Positions 12,801 to 25,231 are shown, counted from the first letter of the stretch. The stretch: 64,000 nt of DNA from Lama guanicoe (GCA_013239625.1 MU053376.1:1698833-1762832); one strand, 5' to 3'. Notes: generated from the sequence alone by a model not told the origin. Numbers and translations: made by a program.

Positions 12801-13399
12801 TGTTTGTCCAAACATTTCTCGAGCATCATTTAGGTGCCAGAGATTGAGCTGACAGTGGTGTGCAGTGACTGGGGAGTCCTGGCTCCTTTGGGGAGGGGTC
12901 TCAGTCTGGTGGGGAAGCAAAACCAGACAATGTTACAGAAGGTTATAGCTGTCAGTGACATGCACTACGGTCCGAGGTTCTGTGTGGGAGGGTCACCAGC
13001 CTACCAACTTTGTGGGGTGGGGACTGGAGAAGGAAGACTTCCTGGAGGAGGGGATAGTCCTGATGGAAGAATAGGAGGCCAGGAAGGTGTCCTGGGGCTT
13101 AGGTGCAGGCAAGATTGGCACGGGGTTTCGGGAAACTAAGAAGTTCAATTTGGTTGTAGCATCAGGTGTAAGAGGAAGTGCTCAGAGACAAGGCTGGAGG
13201 TGTGGGCAGGCCCAGACGGTGACAGCCTTTCTATGCCTTTGGACAATATCCTGAGAATGGCTGGGAGACACTGACCGCTTTCAGGCAGATTTAAGCACAA
13301 TTATAATATACGTGAGGCAGCATGCTTCTAGAAGAGACCGGGATGCCTCGCTGGCTGGATTCTGCCCCAGTCACTTGATCGCAAATCATGAGAAGGTGC

Positions 13400-16200
13400 A
13401 GGGTTCCTGCTGGCCCCCACGGCGCCTTTGTAGGCGCTGTGCCCCTACAAAGACGGAGACGTGCCCCTTTCTCAAGTACCATCCCTTCGAGTGAGTAGAT
13501 TATGTTCTCAGTGACGACAAAGCAAACGTAAGTTGATTCTCCAAAAATTACACACAAAATTATTGAAGACAAAATAGTAGCGAATTAGTGTTTTTAGTCA
13601 CAGTCATTGGGAACCCCGAACCTCGGGGATACAACAATTTGTTGTAAAGGTAGTTGCAGTCACAAAATAATTCTTATGAAAACAAAAGCTCCTGTGGTAA
13701 TGTCAGTGCTTGCTTGCTTCAATATCTTATTTTCCGTAGAAAGGGTCACTAGATTTGACAGCATTTCTTGTGACATTGTGGATGTTAAGTCGTTTGGTAT
13801 TAATTTTAAATGCGAGAAGCTACATTTTCCACTGGTGGCTGATACTGCCAAGGTTATTATATCCTGAGAGCTGCCATGGTTTTAGTAAAACGTATCCACT
13901 ATGTTCTTTCTGCAGATATGTTGAGGTACTCACCTGAGTCAACTAGATCTGAGAAAATAGCTTAAGGAATTTTCTTCCATCAGTATCTCAGCATTATCAC
14001 GTTTCCTACCACGTTCCTCCATTTCAATCATATATATGTAACAGTTGTAGAAGTTCACGGTTATCATCATTTTTCAAATTGCATAGGTCATCTAGAATAC
14101 TGAAAAGTCTAGAAATACTGATATACTTCAAGTGTCAAAAGCTTTTCTTCTAAAGAGATATTGCTGTTTCCAATATAAAAAAATTGATTTTGATATTGAC
14201 CCTTGGATTTTAAAAGGGCTGGTCATCGAATTCACAGTTAAAATGAGTCTTCTCTCTCCTTTTTCTAGTATTTTCTATCTTGGAGAAGTTGGCATCAGTG
14301 TCCAGAGGCTATAATTTGTTTGATATCAATAATATATATTTCACTAACTTTGTTTTATAAACTGGGGGAAAATGTGTGTTTTCCCAAGAATTTCTTAAAC
14401 CCTGTAATGTTTTCAAAGATATTATATACATGAACTTTTGATTTTTGTTTTTTTGGTATTTATGTTGACATATGTTATCATAAATTTTATGCCAAATTAG
14501 TGCTGGCCAGATATATTTTTTAAAATATTTTTTCAAAATATAGCTTTGACTTGTGTTCCAGAATCTATCTCTTTACTAATGATTTTTGAAAGAATGTTAC
14601 TGTCTCTAATTGAGTTTTTCAGGTCTCAGTGGTTTTTGATTGACTTTTTCATCATTTATTTGATAGTTGTCTCAAATTTATGTTTGATTACTCTGTTTTT
14701 CAGTACTCTCTAATGTTACACTGAAGTCAAACAGTTCTTGGATGATATAACAGAATTCGGGGATGTCAAAAGAAATTTTTGCTATATTATTCACTACTAG
14801 GTTTAAATAATGGGCAGCCTTAGAACTTTTTAGGGGATTTTATGTTGAAATCCATTAAAGTTTGTCAAAAAAATTTTTTTGTCATTGTCATAACCCTGCC
14901 CTCTCAAATTATTATGGTCTAGATTCAGTGTTTTGTGTGCATGTATGTGTATGGTCTGCTAAAAATCTGTTTAACCTTCTCCAGCAATATCATTTACTGG
15001 AGAAAAAAAAATTTTTTTTAACATTCTCATGTAAGTATATTTGCATTTAAAAAATTTACAAATCTAAAAATAACTATTCCACCTGGCTAACAAGAGCTGT
15101 GCCTCAGGTATTCAGCTGTATAACGTTTAGCATTTCTTACAATATTCAAAGCTATTTTGGTCAACAAATCTACTATATTTACTTATTTGACTTTTAGTTT
15201 TCATTTGCTAAATACTATGTACTGTTATTTGGTGTTTGTATCCTGGATAAGTGTTCGGCTCTGTTGCTATTATGAATCTTCTATGATTTCTGCAAATGAA
15301 GGAAATTCTTGTTCGAATACTCATACATTTTCTTAGATGATCCTCTGAACCCTAGACAATGTCATGCTAACATAATTGTATTTATTATGTGTTCAACAAG
15401 AGCATGCCAATATTTTCTTTATTATATAGAATCTGTTTTGCAGCATTAATAATTACGTATTTTTCAAATCTGATTTGAAATTTGAATACAGAGTACTTTT
15501 ATCAGTGTTTATTTCAGATTCTTCATGATTACAAAAAAAAATAGTGCTAAATGCTCTCAATCTTTGCACTCTTTCTTATTTTCCAGTTGACTTTTCATTC
15601 TTAAAGTGCTGTCAAAATGCAGAAGTCTTTGAAGTTTAATAACATAATCAGAACCTACTGACTTTATTCCCTCACCATTTAGATAAATGTGTGTTCGTTC
15701 TATTTCTCTAAACTCCAACCTGTATTATCTTATGTAGAGTAAAAACTTACTTGAGGTGGATAATTTTCAACAAGAGTGCGCCTTTGTTTTATATTCAAAC
15801 TACATAGCCATGTATTTGGATTCTTCGCATTTTTTCCAGTTTTTCTTGAAATCTGTCAGTTGTGGTTGACAGTGGAATTTTTGAAGTAAATTCACATCCT
15901 GCTCACGTTTCTGTGACACGTTAACTGAAATCTACATCTCAGCACTCTTATTTTTATCTTTTTGGCTTTTTATTCCCCTAATTTATTCAACAATACAAAT
16001 CATTTTATTTCATTTCTTCTGTAGACAGCTTTTCATTTTCTGTTTTTAGTTAGATATCCTTTTTTCTTTCCAATATCATGGGAGAAATTATATATGAGCT
16101 TAGTATTTTATTTTAGAATTTGTAACTTTAAAAAATACTATGTAGCAAGCTATGAAATTTAACTGCAGTTAATTTTTGTCCTAAATAAATTTCCTTTATC
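13400..16200 (-). mobile_element. Fossil hAT-Tip100 (Zaphod/Arthur-like) DNA transposon with degenerate transposase
   Basis: Collinear minus-strand motifs: LGFRG (15355-15341), RGQGYDND (14904-14881), AAHYLNLVV (14818-14792), and the hAT dimerisation-like 'VSATSGKCSFSHLKLIPNDLTSTMSQEMLSNLVTLSTEN' (ORF 13660-13851). Many stops and frameshifts. Ends approximate. Confidence 0.85.
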
Positions 16201-16209
16201 TAGGGAGGG

Positions 16210-17057
16210 AGGAAATGTAATGGAATATTACTCGGCCATAAAAAGAACGAAACCTCGCCATTTGTAGCAACACAGATAGACTTAGAGGATATTATACTAA
16301 AGTGAGATAAGTCAGACAGAGAAAGACAAATACTGTGGGATCTAAAAACAGAACAAATGAACAAACATAACAAAACAGAAACAGAGTCATAGATTCAGAG
16401 AACAAACTCATGATTGCCAAAGGGGATGGGGTGAAGGGAGAGGAGAAATAAGTGAGGGAGATTAAGAGGTACCAACTTCCAGTTGCAAAATAAATGTCAC
16501 AGGGATACAGTGGGGGGAATATAGTCAAGTTTTAACTATGTAACATCTTTGTCTGGTGACAGACAGTTACTAGACTTATTGTGGTGATCGTTTTGAAAGG
16601 TATAGAAATTTCGAATCATTACGTTGTGAAATAGGAACTAACAGTCTTGTAGGTAGATTATACTTCAAAAACAAACTCATAGAAAAAGAAGTCAGATTTG
16701 TGTCTACCAAAGGTGAGGGGGTGGGCAAAGGGGGAACTAGGTGAAGGCAGTCAGAGGTACAAACTTCTAGTTATCAGATAAATACGCAATGTAATGCACA
16801 TGATAAGTACAATTAACGCTGCTGTTACGTTACATATGAAAATTCTTAAAAAAGTAAATCCTAAGAGTTCTCATCACAAGGAAAAAAACCTTTTTTTATA
16901 TTTCTTTAATTTTATGTCTCTATGAGATGATGGATGTTCACTAAGCTTACTGCGGTAATCATTTCATGATATATTTAAGTCACATCATTATGCTGCACAC
17001 CCTAAACTTATCCAGTGCTGAATGTCCACTATATCTCAACAAAACTGGAAGAAAATA
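16210..17057 (+). mobile_element. L1 3' end (ORF2 tail plus 3' UTR)
   Basis: 'atggaatattactcggccataaaaaagaacgaa...gccatttgtagcaaca' through 'tatatctcaacaaaactggaagaaaa'. Same family as 3281-4481, opposite orientation. Confidence 0.88.
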
Positions 17058-17489
17058 ATTCCTTTAACAGCCCATATGCAGTAGCTGTGCTTTAATTAGC
17101 AGTTTATTATATAGCAGTCTCTAATTTATGAATATAAAATAATTACTTGTGGATATGTAACAGTAAGTGAACATTCATCACTACAAAAGTGAGTAATATT
17201 ATAATGAAAATCTGATAGATTAAAATTAGGAACTCTGGGTTATCATTCAGGCAGAATTAATTATACATGCATTAAAATAATTTTATATAATTTGCATATG
17301 AATTATAAGGCAAAATTTAAAATTTAGCCAATATACAAATACTAATAGAAAACGTTAAAATTTAGATAAAAACTAAAATAACAGTTAGAAAACAATAACT
17401 CCTTGTTTGGAGGCTCTAGTCATTACAGATTTTTTTTTTAACTTCAGAGTCAAGTAGCACTAGTACACTTTTAAAATTTTTTTTAGCTT

Positions 17490-17632
17490 TGTATTTATTT
17501 ATATTTAAAGATTTTAGTTTAGTGGGGGAGGTAATTAGGTTTATTTGTTTTGGGAGGAAGGACTGGGGATTGAACCCAGGACCCCCGCGTGCTAAGCATG
17601 CACTCTATTACTTGAGCTATACCCTCCCCCCC
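17490..17632 (-). mobile_element. tRNA-derived SINE (vic-1-like)
   Basis: Reverse of 'ggggagggtatagctcaagtaatagagtgcatgcttagca...tcctgggttcaatccccagt...aaacctaattacctcccc'. Confidence 0.85.
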
Positions 17633-20107
17633 GTAGATGGTCAAGTCAGCAAGATATTCATCGACCTCATTCTGCTTCAACTTATGAAGCAAGTACATGT
17701 CAACGCTGTTAGAAAAAGTCTTTTTATTTATTTCCATCTCTCATAAAATTATCACAATAAACAGATTTTTGTTAAAAAATTTTATTATCTTCCAGAAAAT
17801 TATTGTAGTAATATAAATCACCTACCTTTAGAATCAGCAGTCAAATAAAAATGTGGAAAAATTCAAAATAATAATGATATCTATGATGTGGCCTTAGAGG
17901 TCATGCCCTTGAGCAATAACCAACTTGAACAACTGTCCTTGGCTACTCTAGACATTTATATGGTTATTACAGTTAATAAAATACTCCCACATACATAGAA
18001 ACAACCTGTGTAGGAAATAGAGATAAGTTTCTAAGGGAGCCTGAGACCTGTGTTTGGATGCTGGTCACTATGTTTGCTGTGACCTTGGGCAATTCACTCA
18101 CTACTCCCTAGGACTCCTCGGTCACCTCATCTAGAAATCAGGAAAAGTACACGTAATCCTTCAGACTGCTGCCTGGAAGCCATGAGAGATGTCCCCAGTT
18201 CTGGGCAGTAAATGTAATCATGAGATGCTCATAAGGTTTCCGTTTTGCATTTGATAAAAATGTGCTTTCTTAAAAAATTGTATTATATTTTTAAAATCGA
18301 ATGAAGTACGTGTGCAGAACCAATAAAAGACAGTAATTCTGGTGAATTTGGGATCAGTTTCTGGTAAGTCTCCTGTGGACGGCTGCTGGTTTCACATGTC
18401 CAGTGATCTTTGGTAGGAGCCTGAGCAGCAGACGTTCTGACATTCTTAGGAAGCGAAATGTTAAGGCAATCTCCTGAAGCTTGCAAATAAGCCACTGTGC
18501 AAACTGAAAACCTAAAGGTGATCTTTGCAGCAATCCCCAACCAATAAATGGCTCTGTAATAAATCTCAAGAGGATGCAGGGTTTCTATTTTGAGAAGTGA
18601 AATTTTGCAAAAACAACCAGAAAGCAGTTAAAGTCCCAGAAATGGTGCAAATATTTACTTCAGAGGAAACCAGGAGGAAGTTTGGTTGAACATCCTCCTC
18701 CCCTCTTTTTCTGATGACCCCACTTGATTATAGCAGCACATCTGTGGCCTGCAAAAAAAGAAAAAAAAAGAGTGTGTCCAATCTTTCGTTCATTCATTCA
18801 GCATTTACTGTGGGCCTGCTATGTTCCAGGTACCTGCTTATGTGTTGATAAGAGTTAAATTAGACATGATCTTGGTCCACACAGGGCTCTTGAGGTCTAG
18901 CTTGTGAACTGTCTTTCCCACACCATGTTCTGTCTCTCCTTCCTTCCGCCATAATAGGGGACAGCTTCCTTTGGTCCTTGGTGTCCAGGACTCCTTGCTT
19001 TACCAATGATTTCAGATGTTCATTGAGGGAAAAATGACTACATGTTCCAACTGCCCTGCCTTTGCTCCTAGCACCCTGGTCTGTTCAGAGTCTCAGCACT
19101 GCCTCTAGAAATGCTTCTCATCATCCAGATTGACACAAATGCCACCTCCTCCGTGCAGCCTTCCCTCATCATCCAAGTCAGAAATGACTTGTCCTTCCTC
19201 TCTGATCCAATAGGTTTTTGTTTGTACATCATTTTAGCACTAACCACGCACCTCCCTTTTCTTACGGCTATTGGGGTCAATAGAAACCTTCCCTGCTAGA
19301 CCAGGATGTGTGTGTCGGCGGGGGAGTGATACCACTCTCTGAGTCCAGGGCCCTTGTCCAGTTCCTCTCTACCCTTGCAACCTGCCTTACACTGCTGGGT
19401 ACATGCCATACACTAAAAAAAACTTGGCTGGATTTGATTTTTTTTCTTCAATTTGAGCTGCCCAGAATTAGCCTTCTCAAACTCAGCTGTGGGTGGCACT
19501 CTACCATCTTATGGTCTATTTATTTAATATTCTTTGATCTCCATACTTAGTCCCCTCCATCCTACCCAACCATGACACCCCCGCCATAGATACACACTCT
19601 TGTTTTATTAAAGTGCAATCCCCTAAACCATCTAAATAACCACGAGGCTATTTACATATCCACGTCAGCTTGAGCACTTGGCATTGTTTGGCATTGAGTC
19701 TGCCTTTTGGCCAAGGGAATGAGACTCTTCAGTGGAATTTCATGTTCCAGACCAGCAGCCAGGGAGGACTCTTTTGGGGCAGGGCAGGTGACCCTTGGAC
19801 TTGAAGGGGGAGGCAGGCAGCAGGTTGGTCTGACGCACGATTTCTGCTTCCTCTCCAGGCTCCCCCGACCTGAGAGCCTGATGCCTTGCCCTGGGCTCTG
19901 TCCTCTCTGGCAGAGTCTGTCTGCACAGCTGCCACGTTGCCAGCCAGGCGGCCCCAGAGAGTTCTCTCTTCCAAGAGATTATCTGTCGTCCTTGAGAAGG
20001 CCCATTTCTGTTTCTCCTGCGTCTTTGGGCTGGCACCCCTTAATTCCACCCTCGGTGAAATGCCCCTCGCCTACCCTCTGGTGAATAAACTCCCTGAGTC
20101 TTCAGAC

Positions 20108-20607
20108 CAGTAGTTCTCAAATGGTTTCTGGTCTCAGCGACCCTTTACACTCTTAAAAATTATCCAGGAACCTGAAGAGCCGTTGTTTATATAGGCTGTA
20201 TCTATTAATAGTTGCCATGTTAGAAATGAAAACTAAGACAATCAAAAACATGTCTTAAATTAATTTTTTAAATGGTACTGTAACCACTACATTTTAATAT
20301 ATTAACGCAAATCATGAAAAACTTAGTGAGAAAGGAGGTGCTGTTTTACATTTTTGCCAATCTCATTATTAATATTCTGACTTGATAAAGGAGACATAGA
20401 TTCTCAGATCTGCCCCTGCGTTCAGTTGGTTGTCATTTCACATGTCAAGCAGCCTTTGGAAAGCACCACTCTACCTTGAGAAAGACTGAGGGCAAAAATG
20501 GCGGCTAGCATCTTAGCAACGTTATGAAAGAGTCTGACCTCACTAACCCTCTCAAAGGATCTCCGGAACCCCCAGGAGGTCCCCAGACCCCACTTGGAGA
20601 ACTGCCT
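20108..20607. mobile_element. hAT-Charlie-type MITE
   Basis: Terminal inverted-repeat-like ends 'cagtagttctcaaa' and 'ttggagaactgcctg'. Internal 'ccctttacactcttaaaaattat'. Confidence 0.6.
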
Positions 20608-20640
20608 GCTGCCCTAGACCACTGGTGTCTTCACTTTGTC

Positions 20641-20741
20641 TTTTTTTCTTTTTTAATGGAGATACTGGAGATTGTACCAGGACCTCACTCATGCTAAGCA
20701 TGATAAGCATGCACGCTACCACTGAGCCATATCCCTCCCCA
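20641..20741 (-). mobile_element. tRNA-derived SINE (vic-1-like)
   Basis: 'tttaatggagatactggagattg.accaggacctc...catgctaagcatg...ctaccactgagccatatccctcccc'. Confidence 0.8.
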
Positions 20742-22227
20742 CTCAACCATCGGTTTCTTAATGGCAAAGATACTCCCCGCTCACGCTTATGGCCTGGATT
20801 TTAAGCAGACTGTGGTTGGCACTCAGTCAGTCTTGCTGGAAACACTGTATCTGTATCATTGAGCGTTATCCCCTCTCACAGCTCCCTCGGGGTAACACCC
20901 ACTTATTCTAGTCTCGGTGCGGCTGCTGGCATTTGGATTCTTGCAGGGGACGGCTCTGAAAGTGATGTGATTCTGCTGAACACCCTCAGTGGTCTCAGGT
21001 CTTTGTTCTTTGAGGAGTGTTTTGAGTTTTGGAAACAGCCAAAGGCCATTTAGAGTGAAATCTGGTTAATAATATGGGTAGCCATTGGGTAAACTACATT
21101 TTTGGATTTTTAAAAAGTAACATTGATTTCCTAAAATTTGGACTGCAAATCTACTTTAATAACCACTCCCCTGGTTCTACACGTAGATTCATACCTGTGC
21201 AAAATGACTTTGGAACACGTTGAGTAATTGCACCATCATTTGAATGGCAAAAACTGGAAACAAAATCTTAATGTCTGCAACTGGGAAACCAGTTAAATAA
21301 ACCATGGGTATCCATGGAATAGAACACTTGGCAGTTGGAGAAAAGAATGAGAAAGTTCTATACGTACTGATAATAAATTAACTCCAAAATATACTAAGTG
21401 AAAAGGCACGCGGCAGAACAATGTATGTAGTGTGCTACCAGCCGCAGGGCAAAACTGTTCTGTGTGTGGGTCTCTATGCCTGTGTGTGTCTCTGTGTTTG
21501 CTCATGAAAACACAAGGTGTACAATAAAGTAGGAGTACTGGTTGCCCCCAGGGAGGGGAACAGAACTGCCTAGGGTAGAGGGTAGAAAAGCAGCTTTTCA
21601 AGGATTATCCTTTTGTACCTTTCAAATTCTAAACCTTGTGAATGTTACCTAATAAAAGGAAAACATTTAAAAGACCCAAACTGAAAGAAATTATGACATA
21701 CCCTTCTTCTTCCAAAATGAAAAACAAAAAACTATTCCTAACACTTAGAAAGGCTATTCTCCAAAAAGAGTTCTTAGTATTGCCTGAGCAATAGTGTGAT
21801 TATTAGAAGAAATATACAATATATATGGCAACATACACAAAGGGGACGCTAGAAGGGGACAATGAGATACGTTTGTGAAAAGGACTAGGTATTTTTGTAG
21901 TTGTGCCTTATTCTTCTCACCCTTGCCCCGTTTCACAAATAGGGAAACTGAGTCCAGGCAGATTCAGTGGCTTATCCGTGTCATCTGGGCTCTTGGGTCC
22001 AACTCTCACCTTGTTAGGGGATGTCCTGACTGCTCCTGACTGTCTCTCTGTGGGGGATGTGGCAGTGGGTGGGGGACACAGGGTGGCAGATCCTCTTTCA
22101 CTTGGTCCTGAACACACTTCTCTCCTCACTTCCCACCTGCATCCGGGGCTGGAGGCCCGGGCAGGATACACGTGCCTGTGACGGTGGCTTGTGTGGCTGT
22201 GTCTTCCTCCCTCTCTTCCCCTGGGCT

Positions 22228-22275
22228 ATGCACGCCGGGCAGGGCGCCCCCTCCAGGCTCTGCTCTTGGTGTCCG
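22228..22275 (+). pseudogene. Putative signal-peptide exon of an unannotated Ig-receptor-like gene (frameshifted)
   Basis: gctATG followed by the shifted frame GCA CGC CGG GCA GGG CGC CCC CTC CAG GCT CTG CTC TTG GTG TCC G|gtaggc (ARRAGRPLQALLLVS, phase-1 donor). Restoring one base after the ATG gives a leader-like peptide. Confidence 0.45.
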
Positions 22276-23348
22276 GTAGGCACAGTGCCTCTATTTCCCA
22301 AATGGGCATTTCCCAGATCAGTATCACCTGCTTTGTCCCACACTTTGGTTCAGAGTGACTTTGGGTTGTTTCAAATCGACCTCTCCTTGAAAGGATAAAG
22401 ATTTGGCCTCAACTAGGGACTCAAAGCCTGTAGTGGAGGCTCGACAGGGTTCCGGCAGAGGTTGGGTGGCCCAGGTCGGGGTGCCCTGAAGGGACTTTGG
22501 CTTTCATTCCTTCTCTCAACAAATGCCTGTTGCATCTATTCACTGGGGAGGCACAGCTCTGGGCACTGGGGACATAGCGATGATCAAAACAGAGAAGGCT
22601 TCTGTTCTCTGGAGCTTACGTTCTTGTGATAAGAGACTGACAGTAAGCAAGTAAACAAACATATGGTTGCAGTAAGTTCACATACTAATTAATAGATCAG
22701 AGGGTGATGTGGCTGAGAGGCTGGGGAGCTGATTTTGGGCCGTGTGCTTGGGGAAGCTTTTGAATAGGCTTTCTTAAGAGAGAAATGCTATCCCAGTGCC
22801 TTCTGAGGCCTTTCTGTCCAATGGTGAGAGTCTAACATTCTCCACATCCAACAGGTTCCCAAGGAGGAATGAAAGACATGGAGAAAAAGAGAGGTGGCAG
22901 TTCCCTGGGGTCCTGTGTCCGCCAGCTGCTGCTCAGTACCTCTGAGAAACTGCTTTCAGCTAAAGGGGACCACCTGTCCTGGGAATCTCGGTACTTGGGA
23001 CAGGGCCCCCTGGATGGACCCTTTGGCAAGATGAATTGGACCAACGGTAGGTTCCAGGACTCCAGAGCCATCGGTGACTTCCTAGACAACCCTACCCAAT
23101 TGCCCTGCTTGGGTAGGATCCGCTGAAAGCCAGCCCTGGGCAAAGTGGCTATTAATTACTATTAAATAATAATCTGACTATTTAGTTCTTAAACAACCCC
23201 GTGGGGGTATTCATACTATGTCCATCTCATAGACGAAGAAAACGAGCTCAGAGAGGCTACGTGATTGTCCTAAGATCACACGGTTAGAAGTACTTGAGAT
23301 TCAGGTCACTGGACCCTAAAGCTCAGGCTCTTTCGTGACATCATCCTT

Positions 23349-23627
23349 TTTTTTTTTTTTAAATTGAAGTACAGTCAGTTCCAATGTGTCAATTTCTGGA
23401 GTGCAGCACAATTTCCCAGTCATGCATATACATGCATAGAGTCATTTTCATATTTTTTAATGAAAGGTTATTAGAAGATATTGAACATAGTTCCCTGTGC
23501 TATACAGAAGAAACTTTTTTAAAAATCGATTTTTATATATAGTGGCTGACATTTATAAATCTCAAACTCCCACATGTATCCCTTCCCATCCCTTTTCCCT
23601 GGTAATCATAAGACTGTTTACTCTGCA
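23349..23627 (-). mobile_element. Short 5'-truncated L1 with perfect 13-bp TSD
   Basis: TSD 'tgacatcatcctt' at 23336-23348 and 23628-23640. Poly-T followed by antisense L1 3' UTR. Confidence 0.9.
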
Positions 23628-23684
23628 TGACATCATCCTTCATGCTGCTCTGTCACTCCTGCCAACCCTCCTCTGGCTTCCCAG

Positions 23685-24010
23685 GATGTGTCCTTGCCTT
23701 TCTGACCCTAGATGGACACCCTTATGTGGTCCAGCCTCCTCGCTGAGCAGGTGTGCCCTCCCCGGCCAGCGTCCCCCAGCTGGTGCCCCGGGCTCCCCTC
23801 TCATTGGCTGTAATTCTTCATACTTCCACCCCCAGAAACCTTGTGTCATCAGTAGGTATGAGATTGCCCTAGTGATCCAGTAGGTTCCCTCCACCTGACC
23901 CTGGCAGCAATGTCTGCATTTGCGTGTCTGAGGAGCCAGCTCCCACCATGTCTGGAGAGGTGCTCCCCGCTCCAGGGAGTGAACCACACAGCTCCACTTT
24001 ATGATGGAAG
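23685..24010 (+). pseudogene. Decayed immunoglobulin V-set-like exon
   Basis: Pyrimidine tract plus cag|. Phase-1 reading is GCVLAFLTLDGHPYVVQPPR* (TGA 23744). Later comes IALVIQ*VP/PPDPGSNVC (TAG 23881, then a +1 frameshift), matching LxIxxVxxxDxGxYxC with AAT in place of TAT. It ends GSE/TQLHF, G-strand-like. No intact donor seen. Confidence 0.5.
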
Positions 24011-24764
24011 GAATAGGAAGAGGCCCGAAGGCAGGCAAAGAAAGCTTTGTGTTTGGAGTTGAAAACATGGATTCCAGCCCTGGCTCCAGCACGCAGGTAG
24101 GACAAGTGGCTTACCCTGAGGATCTTCATGGAAGGAAAGTTGGGCTAAATATGTTTTAAGATTCCTTCTAACTCTGAGAATCCAGGGACAGCCTGTGGCT
24201 GGAGAGGGGATGGGCTTGGTGTTTCCATCCCTTGATGCAGGAGAAATTTTTTCACAGTGTGGATAATATCAACACCACCGCCCTCACCAGAGCATGGCCA
24301 GGCTCTCCCAGCTGTCACTTCTGCCTAGTTCCAGCCCAACTAGCTGGTGTCCTGACCCCTTCCCACCCCCTCACATGCCCCTCCTTGGGGACGGATCACC
24401 TGCATCCTCCTGGTTGTCATTTTTCTGTACATCATGTCGTATCTGATAACCCTTAACCCTTTGTAAACATGGTAGAACTCAAGAGTAAAATGATCGCATG
24501 TGACGGCAAAGTGTAGTATTCAGAAACATACAACTTACAGTCAGAGAGACGTGGGTTCAAGTCTGACCTCTGCCACTGTCTAGCTCTATGACTTTGAGAA
24601 AGTTTCATCTCTGTGAGCTGGTTTCTTTACTGTCACATGGGAATAATAATGACCCCTAACCTCACTGTCTATTTATGAAGACTGACTGAGATAATGAACA
24701 TGCCTGGCACATGTTAAGCCCCCGAATATAAGGTAGCTAATACTATGGATCCTGTAGAGTCCAT

Positions 24765-25125
24765 TTGCCTATGGTCGGTTTGGGCTGCTTTCACAAATCA
24801 CCATGGAGTGGATGGTTTATAAACAGCAGATATTTATTTCTCACAGTTCTGGATGCTGGTAGGTCCAAGATTAAGGCCCTGGCACACTCTGTCTGGTGAG
24901 AGCCCACTTCTGGTTCATAGACAGCCGTCTTCTTGCTGTGTCCTCACAGGTTGGAAGGGGCAAGGAGATCCTCTGGGGGTCTCTCTTAGACGGAAACTAT
25001 TCCCATTCATGAGGGCTCCATCCTCATGACCTAATCATCTCCTGAAGACCTCACCTCCAAATACCAGCACCTGAGGGGTAGGATTTAACATGACTTTTGG
25101 CAGGACACAAACATTGCATCTACAT
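24765..25125 (-). mobile_element. MLT1A-like LTR
   Basis: 'tttgggctgct.tcacaaatcacca...tttatttctcacagttctgga.gctgg...tcccattcatgagggctccatcctcatgacctaatca'. Confidence 0.8.
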
Positions 25126-25182
25126 GTGCTTAAGAATTACTCTCAAATTTCCTTTCTTTTTCCTCTCCACCCTTTTATACAG

Positions 25183-25231
25183 AGAACATCACCACCGTGA
25201 AGCCAGGGCCTAAACCTGAAGGAGTTATCAG
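25183..25231 (+). CDS. Unannotated TM receptor/adaptor: stalk exon (xNITTVKPGPKPEGVI)
   Basis: Long pyrimidine tract ...tttatacag| and donor AG|gtgggt. 49 nt, phase 1 to 2. The only open frame carries the N-glycosylation sequon NIT. Confidence 0.75.

Noticed and set aside
19620..19790. TATA/CRE-like motifs and a phase-1 donor (GCAG|gtgacc) as a first exon for the hidden gene
   Set aside because: The ATG context is weak, the peptide is not leader-like, and it cannot be told from chance without transcript data.
20859..21053. 'GIWILAGD' resembling the pepsin-family 'LWILGD' motif
   Set aside because: Wrong strand relative to the recalled CTSE orientation, no flanking similarity and no exon structure.
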